A program made the position numbers and the translations under genes. Below, piece after piece: positions 1-12,295 of a stretch of 64,000 nucleotides of DNA. The number at the start of each line of letters is the position of its first letter. Position 1 is the stretch's first letter. The notes under the pieces are model-generated. The model searched no databases, was not told where the DNA came from, and worked only from the letters and a program-made list of their open reading frames with translations. This stretch comes from Lama guanicoe (taxonomy: Eukaryota), in contig MU054323.1 of NCBI GenBank assembly GCA_013239625.1, positions 11,243,815 to 11,307,814 of the forward strand, written 5' to 3'.

Positions 1-639
1 ACATCTCTGTTCCAGCTCCACTGGCTCCTCCCTACTTCTTTGCCTGGGAGATTCATTAGCAGCACCATGCCTCTCTTCAGAGCATGGATTTTTCTCTTTG
101 TGCAAAGAGAAACAACAGGCACTTTTCAAGTGAAGCCTATAAAGAAGACTAAGAATATATGGGAAAAGAAAACTCAATCCTCATTCCTCCAGTACTCACA
201 AATGCAGGAATTATCAACACAGGTAACTAAAGTTTAGTTTAATGAGCATGCAATATCCTGTATCTACAGCTCAACTTAACTCCATCTTGTCAAATCTTTC
301 TGAAGTACCAGTAGGAGTTGGCCAGTCCCAGTCTTATTCTGCTAATCCATTGTTCTACACTGGTGTCTTAAGCACAGTCTCTAAAGGGTCATGTTGGCCA
401 TCTTTCAAGGAGCCTCTTGTCCTCAATCAACTCTTGCATGAGAGACAAACTTCTAATCGTCTTCTAAAGCTCATAGCCCCTTGGGAAACATAATGATCTC
501 TGTTTTGGGTCCAGAACTACTGTTCAAATAGCCAACTCTTCCCATATCCCCAAGTGCCTCAAGGGACCCCATTCTCGGGGAATAGTTATTAAATTAAACA
601 TTTTTTAATACCCCTGCTCTTATATAACCACAATCAATA

Positions 640-1480
640 GCAAAAAACATTAAGAAAGCCAACCATGGCTTCAACAAACAGGAGATTCCCATTTCAGGTA
701 GTGGAGATGTGGGAAGGGCAGGGGAAGTTGCTCATTCATTCCACTGGGGACTTGGGCATGTTCTTTCCTCTCCTCCATCTTTGGCCTCCTGGCTCTCCAT
801 GAGGGTGTAGCCTTGCATCCATGCTTAAGGCAGGGAGAAGGGAAAAGGATCAAGGGCTTTCTCCCTACAAGTCTTGTACCTTTACTCAGGAAGCTAAGAC
901 TTCTCCAGCGGACTTTCACCTACATTTCATTGACCAGGCTGTGATACATGTCACCCCTAGCAGCAAGGAAGCTGGGAAATGAAGAGCTGTGTCTTCACCT
1001 CTACACTGGGAAAGGCAGAGAACAAGGGAATTTAAAATGAAAACTGATAAGCTATTGAATGGTATCTGTCACAATTTCCCCTTTGGCTCTTTGGTACCCA
1101 TGGGCTCCTTCTCACTCTCCATCACCAAGAAAGAAAACCCAAAATCTTGTCCAAAGTCCAGGATCTCTGGTTACTGTACAGAGCTACCTACCAGCTCTGT
1201 GTGTGCCTCTCAGGACCACAATCTGTAAGTTGAAAAGACAGCTCGTCTGCCCCCATATACCTGCTAGCCAAAGGTAAGGGAGAAATCAATAACTGCAGTA
1301 AAGACTCGAACTCAACTCTAAGAAAGGGAAAGGAGGAAATGCACATTGGACCACAGAGCATGTCAAATCCTACAGATCATAAAAAGAGAAAACTTCCTGC
1401 CCTGGAAGTAAAGGAAAGTTCCTAGCCAACCAATCTGGCAAGCCCTAGATCTGCTTTCTGGGAGGAAATTCCTTATCTAA
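640..1480 (-). mobile_element. Degenerate ERVL-MaLR LTR (MLT1/LTR33-like) plus adjacent internal fragment
   Basis: Motif catttcattgaccaggctgtgatacatgtcacccctagcagcaaggaagctgggaaatg (about 922-981) is typical of old MaLR LTRs. The segment at 1225-1370 resembles MLT internal sequence. Confidence 0.55.
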
Positions 1481-1499
1481 TATTCTCAATTGCTATATC

Positions 1500-1652
1500 C
1501 TCACAAAAACTCTCTGTGGTAAAGATGATTGATATTATTATACCCATTATAAGGATAAGAAAATTGAGGCACAGAGAGTAACTTTGACCACAGTCATACA
1601 GAGCCAGGATCCAAACTCAGAAAATCAGACTACAGAGTCCCTGGCTCTTTTC
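1500..1652 (-). mobile_element. MIR SINE
   Basis: Reverse MIR core attatacccatt...gaaaattgaggcacagagag...gtcatacagagccagga. Confidence 0.8.
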
Positions 1653-2189
1653 CATCAAAGTTCCTCCAGCAGGATAGGAGTTCTACTCTAAGGGCCCAGG
1701 GAGAGTTCCTGGAGCTCACTTTGAAGAGGAGGCAAAAAGAAGTCAAAAACTAAAAATCAGAGACATCAAAAAAAGGATCATCTAAAATTGATCTTAGAAA
1801 ATAAGGCATCTGAACCAACATTTTCTGGCTGAGGTTTCCTCTTACAGGAGTTCGTCAGGGTCCCACCAGTGGAGCAAGAACTTTAAAGAGGAGGAGAGTT
1901 CAGAATGAAAGAGAAGCTGTTACTCGAGGATGCTCCAGCTCCTGGACCAAAGAAGGGATAGGCCTAGGGCTTGGGCCAGCCAGGATTCATTTAAACCATC
2001 CCAGGGTTAAAATGACTTATTTTTACAATAAGAAAGCAGAATAGATAACACTGGTAGCCAAATTCAAGTTCTGTTGTTGCAAAGGTGTCAGGAAGGGAGA
2101 GTTTCCCTGAAAACAGTCTCCAGATGGCACAGGAGGGGATCCCACGATGAGGACACCACTGTGGGCCCACCTCTAGGCAAAATAGCTCC

Positions 2190-2275
2190 TTTTTATTTTT
2201 TTTTACTTGAAGTATAGTCAATTACAATGTATCAATTTCTGGTGTACAGCATAGCGTCCCAGTCATGCATATACA
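2190..2275 (-). mobile_element. Young L1 extreme 3' end fragment
   Basis: T-rich tail followed by tgaagtatagtcaattacaatg...tttctggtgtacagcatag, the reverse complement of the L1 end seen at 28560-28610 and 61960-62020. Confidence 0.8.
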
Positions 2276-2454
2276 GTTCGTGACTTTAAAACGTTGTCTG
2301 CTGGCTGCCCCAGCAGCAGCTCAAGGACCCCCGCCTCAGCCTGGAGAGCTGAAGAAGGAAACCTCAACAAGAAAACAGACCTTTCCACAGCAGGCGCTGG
2401 TGTTCTACGGATAAGGACATTTAAAATGTTCCCTAAATCAGCTTCTTAGGATAA

Positions 2455-2572
2455 AAGAGTTCTGGAGCTTGGATGCACAACAATGTGAATATACTTAACA
2501 CTACTCAATGTACACTTAAAAATGATTGAGCAGTAAATTTTAAATTTGTATTTTCTTGCTATTAAAAAAAAA
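2455..2572 (+). mobile_element. Old L1 (L1MA/MB-like) 3' end fragment
   Basis: gagttctggag...tgcacaacaatgtgaatatacttaacactact...tgtacacttaaaaatg followed by an A run. Confidence 0.75.
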
Positions 2573-2679
2573 CCAAACTCCTTAGGAAGCTACAGGAAAT
2601 CTCTCAAAGTAGGACAAAATAGTACTATCTTAAGAGTGTCTTATCAGTGATAACTTGTCAGTTATCACGTTTTAGTTTG

Positions 2680-3115
2680 GAAGGCACTTTCATACTCTTT
2701 CCATTTGATCCTTACGACCGGGTTGACTGATGAGTACAGAAGGTTCTCATTATCCCCATTTTATGCACGTGCAAAATGAGACGGGAATGAACGTCTGTCC
2801 CAGGAGGCAAAAGCTGGAATTAAACGTAGGTCTTGTGATTCCACTGGTGAGCATTCTGCTCATGATACTGCACTCCAAGTGAGTGAGAAAAGAGGGGAAA
2901 GGGCAATGGAGAGCTTAGGAACTGACGTGTCTGGGCACCCACGCCACGCCAGGCACGGGGCTCTGTAGTATCATTACCTCTTTAAGGCTCAACCGTAAGC
3001 CTATGAGGTCAGTTCTCCTAGGATCCTGATCTACAGTTGAGGAAACTGAAGTTCAGAGAGGTTAAATAACTTTCTCAAGGTCACCTGGCCAGTGAAGGAA
3101 GCAGCGGATTCAAGA
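2680..3115 (-). mobile_element. Two adjacent MIR SINEs
   Basis: cattatccccattttatg (about 2749-2766) and gaggaaactgaagttcagagaggttaaataactttctcaaggtcac (about 3039-3084). Confidence 0.8.
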
Positions 3116-4974
3116 CAATATAATACCTTGGAACAGAAGGCGGCTGCAGGGAGAGGATGTAAGAAGGAGGTGAATCAGCAGCACCTAATTCTGTGCCTCT
3201 AATTGTCCTCTGGTCATGAAAGAATTCGAAGACAGTTGGCTAAACAAACAGAGGAGGGGGAGGGAAGGGGGCCAGCCACAGGTGCAAAGAACAAACCTTC
3301 TTCTGAAGGTAAGTAGAAAAGGGAACAAAGGATTACAATCTTGGAGATGTTGACAGGAAGGCAAGATTGCAAAACCATGTAATTAGTGTCAAGAGAACTG
3401 GCCAGAGGAGGAAAGACTGCTTTAGGAAAGGTGGAGAAAAAGGTGAAGGGATTTTTTTTTTTTGCATGTGCTGCATTTATTAGAAAGTGATAGACAATGT
3501 TTATGGAAAATCTGTGTGTTGGGTGAGGAGAATTATAAATACATTCAACGTTAGCTAATTTTTAAACAGTTTTAAATGCTGAGGGCTTCAATGAGATAAT
3601 GCGTGGGAAATGCTTAAATTATAAAGTGTTCTACAAAAGTAGAGTGGTACTTATTTTTATGTGAGTGTATTTGTAATAAAACTGGAAAGACGAAGGAAAG
3701 CCAGGCCGGGGGCCTGCGCTGATGCTCCACTGGGCTCCGCTGGGCTCTTGTGGTGCGTGTCTTGCCCGGGGCTGGGGGGCTCCTCTTTCTCTCACTGAAT
3801 TACAACTCTGCTCCTCCTCCAGCACAAGTGCGGACGCGGTCCAGCTGTTCAACAGCTGTCCAACACATTTACCCCAGGTGGTGGTATCTGAGGAATCAGT
3901 TGAGCAGTGGCTCCACTGTGTGTTGTTTGGGGTTTGCAAAACCCCTCACAATCCTGAAAGACGGAAATCATCTCACAGGACTCCCCAGAGTGGGTGGAAG
4001 AAACTACCTATTGGCGTCGCGTGTTAAAGTGGATTCTGGGAGTGAAGGAGGGAGGGGAGAGAAGACCCGGGAAGGAGGAGGAAACTTAGGTTTGTAGGAA
4101 AGGCACTGTGTCCTTTCCTGAGGGTTTTTTAAGGATACCATTGGCTTTGTGGCCGTGTCTCTCTCCCAGATCTGATTGTTTTTCAGGGAGCACTGATCAT
4201 ATGCCATCCAGACTCCTCTCCTGCTCCCTTGAGAGTCAGGCTATGTGAGCAGAGACCAGGGGAGCAGGAGAGCTTTTTGCAGGAGCCATTCAGTGATCAC
4301 TTCCTTAAAATAAAACCCATCAGTCTTCCTTCAGGAGAGCCTTCCGGGAGCCCCAAGCTGGGAAGGACAGACCTGCAGCGAGGGTGTTATGTTTTCTGGT
4401 CAGTCTCATCTAATGTGCTCAGAACTGCTTGCTCCTGGCTCTGGAATGGGCTGCTTTTGAAGAGGCTAGTTGTCCCAGAGACTACAGGTTTAAAGGAATG
4501 ATTCTCAATATTTTTGCTTCCAAGAGCCTTTCCTTAAAATTTGCTTTTGAAAGATTTGGTCTCCAAGCAATTAAATGACTTTTTTTTAATGACCCATTAA
4601 GGTGACTTTGTTTCTCCGTGTTCTAATTAATCATGGATGAGTGTGTTTGCTAGTCAGGCTTCTGAGAAGCACGGTGCTCAGTGTCCTCACACGAGCAGGT
4701 GCAACGCAGTCCCGCGCCACTCTAGTTGACATTTCAGTTGACCTTTGAGGTCTGATGACTGATAAATGTATTTCTCCCCCTTGGCTTCCCGAAACGTTTG
4801 AACACCCTTGGAGACACCAAGACACCCAATCTGCCTTCCTGGAGAGCTTTGCTTTGAGCTGCAAAAGATGATGATTAAGGTGATGAACAAGGGGGACACT
4901 TAGGACCAAGAAACCTGGCATTTGAAGGGGCACTTTGGGAAAAATACAGTTATACTGGGGAGGTTAGGAGTGAA

Positions 4975-5160
4975 ACAGTCCCAGGTTTCCACCTCAACTT
5001 GGTTACTTATTAACTGTATGGCACTGGGGCAAGATTTGTATATTTTCTGCAAAGCCTTGTATGAGAATAGGAACAATAATAATATTCATATGGTTGTTTT
5101 GAGAATTAAATAAGACAATGACTGGAAGGGCATGTGCGGACATGTAGTAAGCACAAACAA
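4975..5160 (+). mobile_element. MIR SINE
   Basis: ggttgttttgagaattaaataagacaatg...catgtagtaagcac matches the MIR 3' region. Confidence 0.7.
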
Positions 5161-5179
5161 CCTGGCGCGTACGTCTCTG

Positions 5180-5385
5180 CACAACTGTGCGAGCATTTCT
5201 GTGATACTAAGTTCACGAATTGCAACTGTTGAGACTGTGGATTTGCCTATTTAAGTTTTTCATAGGCATTGCCAGTTGCCTTCCAAGCGCGGGGTGGGGT
5301 GCACCACTTCAAATTCCCACCAGTGGTAAATAAGATGTTTTCCCACCTACGTATCAACACTAGGTACTATCAATATTTTACACTC
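5180..5385 (-). mobile_element. Old L1 (L1ME-like) fragment
   Basis: ttgccagttgccttccaa...aattcccaccagtgg...caacactaggtactatcaat matches reverse L1 3' region. Confidence 0.6.
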
Positions 5386-8300
5386 TTTCCATGAGGGCTT
5401 TATTGGAACAGAAAGGAACAAGAGCAAGCCCAAAGAGGGAGGTAGGGAGGCATAAGAAAGTACATCAAAGGGTTTAAGAAGTCCAAGGAAGGAGGAGGAA
5501 GGTGATGGCAGAGAGCCAACTGGCCCATGTGCAAAGACACCTGTCTCTGCTCTGGTCCCTGCAGAAGGAAGGTGCTCCAAGGTCAAACCCCAGGAGTCTG
5601 CCCCTCTGCCCTGGGTACTGTGTTGCCAGGATGATGGGCAGTACCGGCGTAATTCCAAAAGCATTCATTGCCCAGGGTCTTATGATCTGAGTGACACTAG
5701 GCCACACTGCCTTCCTTTTGAGGGAGTCCCACAGCGTTTGAGTCTTCCCCAAACCTCTGAAGTTTCAGCCTTGGGCCCTAGCTGACGAACCAGTGATTTC
5801 CAAGCCACATTTTGAGAATACCAGCCTGTGGCACAGTTTTCTTCTGAGGGGTTTCCTGAATAGTAGACAAGTTCAACATCAGAGTTCAGAAATTTTTCTA
5901 GAACAGCTCCCATGCCGTTGTTTGCCCTCAGATGGCAGGAGAAGTTGCTATGGACAGAATGCCCGTGGATTCATATAGACGTGCATTAAAATCTCCAGTT
6001 CTGCCACCTACCAGCTAGATGACTCCATTTTATCTTACTTGTCTATTTTTTTAGCTGGGTGACTTTAAATTCAGTTGCTTCATCTGAAAAATGGGGATAA
6101 CACCCGCCTCTAGAAGGAGATCATCTTTTGAAGATTACACAACAAAATCTGTATTGTCAAGGGCTGGGCTTATTAAGGAATGTGTATTCCCTTTCCCCCT
6201 AATCCAGGGTTTATGTTTGTGCCTGCAAACACAGCTGGACTGGATTTTATGTGGGACAGCATAGTGTGTTTGAGTTAGACATTTTGTAGAATTAAAAATA
6301 TATATATTGTTGCCCCAGTATCTACTCTCCTAAAGCATTGCTTGTATTGCAGGATTACTTGTGACAATTCTGTGAATATGATAAAAACAAACATTCAGCA
6401 GTTTCACTTTAAATGAGTGATTTGTAGGTGAAAAACGTCAGAACAAAATTGTTACAGAAAAGGAAAGATGATCTGTGGAGGTTAGTTTTCTGCTACCAGA
6501 TTGGCTGCAAAGAACCAGTGAGAATGAAATGTAATTACACATCGAAATCTTTTTGTGCTTTTCTCTGCTGCACTTTCTCAGTCTTAATTCTCAAGAGATC
6601 CATATCATTTAGGGGATAATTAGGATTGCTCAAACAAGAATGCAAAGGGGAAAATGCCAATTTTTGAAAAAAATTTCAAATTGAAAATTGTTTAAAAACC
6701 AAACTTTTAAGTTTATCCAAGGTGGGTTTTGTTGAAAGAAAAGGGGGCAGCCTTGAAGGAAACAATATTGACTGGGAAGAACATAGGGGAAGACCAGACC
6801 ACCCCACTTCAGCCCCCGCCCCCAGGAAAATCAGTAAAGGTCCCCTGGGTTGGCAGCTGGCTGGGAGGGGGATGGAGCAGGAGAAGCCTGGTGAACTGGG
6901 GTGGTGTGAGGAGGGGTGGAGAAGTGGTCCTGGGGGATTCATGCAGAAAGGTGGAGTCAGCAGTGACCCAGGGGGTGTCCTCCATTGATGGGAGCTACGT
7001 GCTCCCAAAGCCCATGCCTGTAGGCCACCATCCCTACCGGGGTGTGCACGGCCCATTGAATGTACTGAAGAACAGTATGTGTACATGTCACTGCTCCGTC
7101 AGGGCCTCTTCTCCAGAGCTGCCTGCTTGTCACCTGTGGATGTGATAAGCGACACTTGTCCAGACCTCAAGATTTTGCTGAGCCCCATCCCAACTGCCCT
7201 AATTACCTGATGGCATCACTCCCATTTCAAAGGCCCTAGGCCCAGAGAGGTGATTCTGTAGGCACTGACTGAGCACATCCTGCAGGCAGAGCCCTGCCCT
7301 GTCTGTCTTCCAGCAGCAACTAAAGATCCACTGTCATGCGTGGTCCTCCACTGAGCACTTTTCTTAAGTACTTTGTGTGGGAGTCCTGAGCTATGGTTGG
7401 GTTCTTTTTATCTTTTTTTTTTTTCAGCTCAACTCCTACCCTGTCCAATTCTTGCATCAGCCACTGCTCTGCTCCCTGGCACAAAATGTGAAGCATGAAG
7501 AACCCATTCAGCTCACTTTCTGAATCATTTGACGCTTTCCAGACTCTCTAGCCTAGGGGTAGCCAAGAGTAGGAGGAGACACAGGAGTGAGATCCACATA
7601 TGATTTGTCACCTCTGAATTTACTTTGTCAGGAAAGTTTCCAGCTCAAAGAGTGAAAGAGTTGAAAGGGAGGACAGAGAAGGACAAGATTCTTGTTTTCC
7701 AAAAAGAGGAAGGCAGTATGCCCGGGGACAGGGGAAATGAAGTCACTGAGTCTCTCCGAGAAGCCCCGCACCCAAAAGGTACCCCTCTCCCAAAAAGCCT
7801 TCACAAGAGTGTGTTGAGATTAAGATCAGGGAAGATAAACAACTCAGCAGGGATTCAAGCTGAGCTGAGTTCGGTGCTGGCATTGACGTCCAAATCAGAC
7901 CCTGGCTTACCAAGCTGAGCCAAGCCTTGAATTTTAAAATTATGGTGAGGCTAAGTTGTGATTATTTCCAGAGAAAGAGAAAGATGAACAGAGGCAAGAT
8001 TGCTTAAAATGTTCTTTCTTCACCCCAGAAAATGCCCCCTGATGTTGGAAACAGACTGAGCTAAAAGCAGCATCCTGAATCTACCACACCCCAGCTGAGA
8101 CAGTGGAGGGATGGAATACTTTGATGACAGTTCATGTGCAGAGGACTGGGGTGAGGCATTGCCTGAGTGTCCAGGAGAAGTGTTGAAGCTTCAGAAGGGC
8201 ATGTGTGGTTCAGACCTGGGTTTCTGTTAAAGGATGGGACCTGGAATGCGGAGATGGCCCCTTTGTGCCCCCTCACTAGTTGTGTCACATCTGAAGCGCT

Positions 8301-8427
8301 GGGTCAGGTTTTGATGAGAGGAGGTCTTCCAACTGGCAGATTCCCTCAACTCATTGCCACAGCCAGCTCTTCTCAATGCCCCACCTTGGGCCTGGTGAGA
8401 TTTAGAACCAGTTTGGAGTGAGGCAGA

Positions 8428-8839
8428 GTGGTGGAGGTCCACCAGCTGCGCTTCCCCAGATCTACTCTCCTTTTCTTCCGGGAAGCCACTGCTCCATCAT
8501 TCTCTGCCTTGCATGGTTAGACATCCACTTCTTTCCAGAAATGTGCACATGACCTAGCTCTGGGAACTTTTATTAGAATTCTTAAAAAATATAAGTTCAT
8601 TTTCAGATGAATTTGAAACTGGGAGTTTGTGAATGAAAGTGGCTAGAAGCTACCCCTTGGAAACATCTGCCTGAGAGGAACATCAACTTGGAACTGAGAA
8701 GCAGAGTCACTTGAGGCCAACAGTTCCTGAAGCAGGAGCTACCCTCAGTACCAGTCCTTTGCAGTTATATGAACCTTTGTGCTTAAGACAGGATGAGTTG
8801 TGTGTCTGCCCTTGTGAGCAAAGGAATCCTGATAATACA
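8428..8839 (+). mobile_element. MLT1-family (MaLR) solo LTR
   Basis: cacatgacctagctctgg, cctgaagc...ctaccc, and the terminal gcttaag...gagttg...aatcctgataataca are typical of old MLT1 LTRs. Confidence 0.7.
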
Positions 8840-11229
8840 GACAAGGGAGACGTCAACAGCTTTAGCCCTACCTTCTGTTGAAGCTTAGAATTAAAAAAAC
8901 TATTACTGACTTTACTGCTCCCCCAGCTTCTTCTCTGAGCTTCCCTCATGTCAGTCAAATCCAGGACCCAGTATCTCCTAGGCATGTGGCTTAGGAACTT
9001 AGGTAAACTCAAGTTGCAGGTGACACCTTCCTCCTTTCACTTTATCCCAGTTGGTATCTCTGGACCTTTTCCTTGATTCTAACTCTGTGGCCTAGACTCC
9101 CAGGTTGTTCTGGACTCCCTGGTCTGGGGCACTGTCCGCCTGTTGGGACTTCCCAGAGTTGGCCTTGATGCTGCCAGGGTCTAAACTTACTGTGAACCTT
9201 GAGACTGAAGTGCCTCTCTAAAGCCAGCTCCATTCTTTATCATGGGAAGAAGGGTCCTGAGCCACAAAGACTTAGATCTACCCCTAAGGATGCTTCTTGA
9301 TTCCAGTGTGAGTCAGACACACACCCAAATGGGAACCCCGAAGGAGACCCACAAGGAAGGCAATGAGTATGGAAACAAGGTCTTTAAAGTCATATGTGGT
9401 GAAGTCATGGCATTTGGCCTGAAAAGAGAATGTTAAAGGAAAGGATGTCTTTCTGCAAATGTTTAGAGGACTGTTGTGTAGGACTAGGGTCAATGGACGA
9501 ATGTCCCAGGGAGATGACTCTGGGAGGATTCATTGGAAGAAATTGCTTTGGATTATTTTTATGCACTTGAGAATTGCCCTTGACTTTAGCAGCAACATCC
9601 TTGTCATCTCCCAAATGACAGTCCCTGTGTAGGTGAGTGAACACTCATGGATGAATTCCGGGGAACAGCATCTGGGAAGAGCCTGGAGAAGGTAGAGAGA
9701 ACTTGGTGAGCTTTATGAAGAACACCCACTTCCCAGAGCTGAAGCAAACTCCTGGACTTCAGGAGTCTGGGAGTGAGAACCTCTGCCCATGAGTCAAGCT
9801 AAGTTCCAGGGAGCTGAAGTATTTCCTCACTGAGGGACAAAGAGGGAGAACCCCCCGTGTTAAGTCAGGAGGCAGCTATCTTCATAAGGCTGGTGGGAAA
9901 TGCAGGACCAACGTTAATAACGGCAAATCTATCAAAACCAAACATAGCTCACATCCTGTGGGCAATAAACATCCACAGGTGAAATTTTATGAGGTTTTAA
10001 AGGGAACTTTATGAGTTTTGAGGGAGCCTTAGTATAAACTGAAACCAGCCATGGAAAAACAATATAATGTGAACTGTGGAAAGCAATATCTGAAAATTCT
10101 GTCAAACCAAAGAAACTGTTTGGGGGAAGGAGAAAGACATGCTAGACTTCATGTCTCTCCCGTGATTTCTGGTGAGGTAGACTGTCTTACCAGCATGATT
10201 TGTAACTCTTTGAAAGAAAGGCTATTAAAGATCTCTCATTTCCCATACAGTGCCTCATACAACACAGGTGTGCGTATGTTCACATACAAACACAAGAAAT
10301 GTTTTTGAGATGTCGGCAATAACCTTTGAGAATACTTCCACTGGAAGTCCCCACTGTTCTGGGGACTTTTTGAATCACAGGTAGGAAATTTGAACTCTGA
10401 GTGTTAAGAAGCTTTCCCAAGGTCACACAGTGAGTAAGTGGCTGAACCCTGATTTCAGTTCATGTCTCTCTGTCCCCAGAGCCCACAGCCTTTCAACCCA
10501 CAGCCATGGTTGCCAGGCTTTGGGATTTCATCAACCACTGCAGTTTCAAAAACACTCAAGAGAACCCTGATTGGGTTGCCAACATTTTATTGAGAGGATA
10601 TTGTTAAGAACTGAGAAAGTTATATTAACAATGGGCAAAAAGACAGGACATGATCTCAGGATAAAGAGGATAAATTGAGTATTATGAAATACTCCATGTC
10701 TTAATGTGCGTGTGTGCATTTTGTGTGTGAGGGTATGTGTGTGTATCTGTAAAAACATTGTCATTGAGAGGCACCAGACTGGGTCTTGGAACCACTACCT
10801 TCTTTATTCCTAAAGCACCTGGCACAATGTTCTATACAAAATAGGTACTGAAGACTTGCTATTGAATGACTAATATTATTTGCTCTTTTCTGTTTGATCC
10901 TCTGGAAAAAACCTCAATGATACAGGTTCTTAGCAGGATCCCAGACCTAGACAACTTGCTTCATCTTGTTTAACTTTGTATTTATGGCTTAGTAAAAGCT
11001 AGACTTTGCCACCACCTCCTCGTCCTCTGCCCTCTACCACAGCAAGATTCCTCCTTTCAGCAGACTCTCAATACAGCTTCATTTGTTTTCACTAGAGAGT
11101 CCATCACTACCCCTCTAGCCTAGACTCCCGTCCTCAGGTCTTCTTTTAGGAATGGGGTCAAGGAGGTCTGTGCAACCCTAAGAGGTGAGGGAGCACCTCG
11201 GCCTGGGGGATTCTGTGGTTCAAGAGCCC

Positions 11230-11365
11230 CATCCTCTTGTCCGAGTTCTTCCACTAGGTGACCTTAGGAAATTGTCTTCTTTTCCTTGGACCTCAGTTTT
11301 TCCATGTACAAAAGGAGGAGGATTGGGCCAAAACATCTCAAAGGGTGCTTCCAGTCTTGGCAATC
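11230..11365 (+). mobile_element. MIR SINE
   Basis: gtgaccttagg...ggacctcagtttttccatgtacaaaagg core. Confidence 0.75.
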
Positions 11366-12210
11366 TGCCTCTCTCCTCCATCTGGCTGATTACAGCTCCT
11401 TCCACATCAGGGCTCCTTTTGTTTGAGAAAATCTGGAATTTGGAGATGGATTCAATGACAAGTTGGCTCTTGAAGAAGTTTCTGTAATATGATCATGCAG
11501 CTGTTTAGTGATTCTACATGAGTGTACGATCTCTTTGGGGTGGAATGTCAAAGTTTACCAGACAATATCTTGGACCAATTCTCCTTTTTCCATGAGACCA
11601 AATCATTATTCTCAAAAGCATTACTAATTGTGCACATCCACCAGATGCTGGAAGGCCCTAGCTGGGATGCAGAGGACCCATGCTGGGGGTCAGCCACCTC
11701 ACTCGGGTTTCTCCTTGGCCAGGCTCACTCTGGAGGGCCTGGCAGGAAGCCAGGCTGTGCCCTGGAATAAATGACTTGTCAAGTCACCAGCCCCAGCCCC
11801 AGGAGGTGCTCTCACACCTACTTGGCCTTTCATTTATCTTTACAGCCATAAAACCAGCTATCCTAGAAGCCTGCCTCACTGAGGGAAAGGTTAAGTTACA
11901 GGGCCCAAGTTTAAAAAAAAAATTTTTTTTAAAGAAGACTTCTTTGCCCTTTAATTTTAGAATAGTTACTCTCTGACACCCATCAGAACAGGGCTATTTG
12001 GATGTCATCTAGAAACAGAAGAAAAGGAGAGAGTAGCAGACTCAGCTGCCTGCCGGATTGACTTTGGTTGCTTTTTCACATGCAGATCAAAAGTCTCCTG
12101 AGTAGTTAACCCTCAGCAAGGGAGCGACTCCTACAGATGGAGAGGATTTAGCGAAAGCACCGAATGCAAAGGCATTGCATTGATCAGCACTGGAGATTCC
12201 TGGTCGCCTC

Positions 12211-12295
12211 TATAAATATCCTGAAGATGAGCTTTGACTCCACTCTGGAAACATCTCTGCAATCTATTAGCCATCTTAACCTGCAAGAGGTAAGG
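12211..12295 (+). promoter_or_regulatory. Candidate TATA + Inr core promoter with short first exon and splice donor
   Basis: TATAAATA at 12211-12218, Inr-like CCACTCT at 12240-12246 (A at 12242, TATA at -31), donor GAG|GTAAGG at 12289/12290. The surrounding sequence looks non-repetitive. Confidence 0.35.

Noticed and set aside
3300..3314. Strong isolated donor AAG|GTAAGT (similar isolated donors at 9632 and 13039)
   Set aside because: No convincing paired acceptor or reading frame. Such motifs occur by chance at this frequency.
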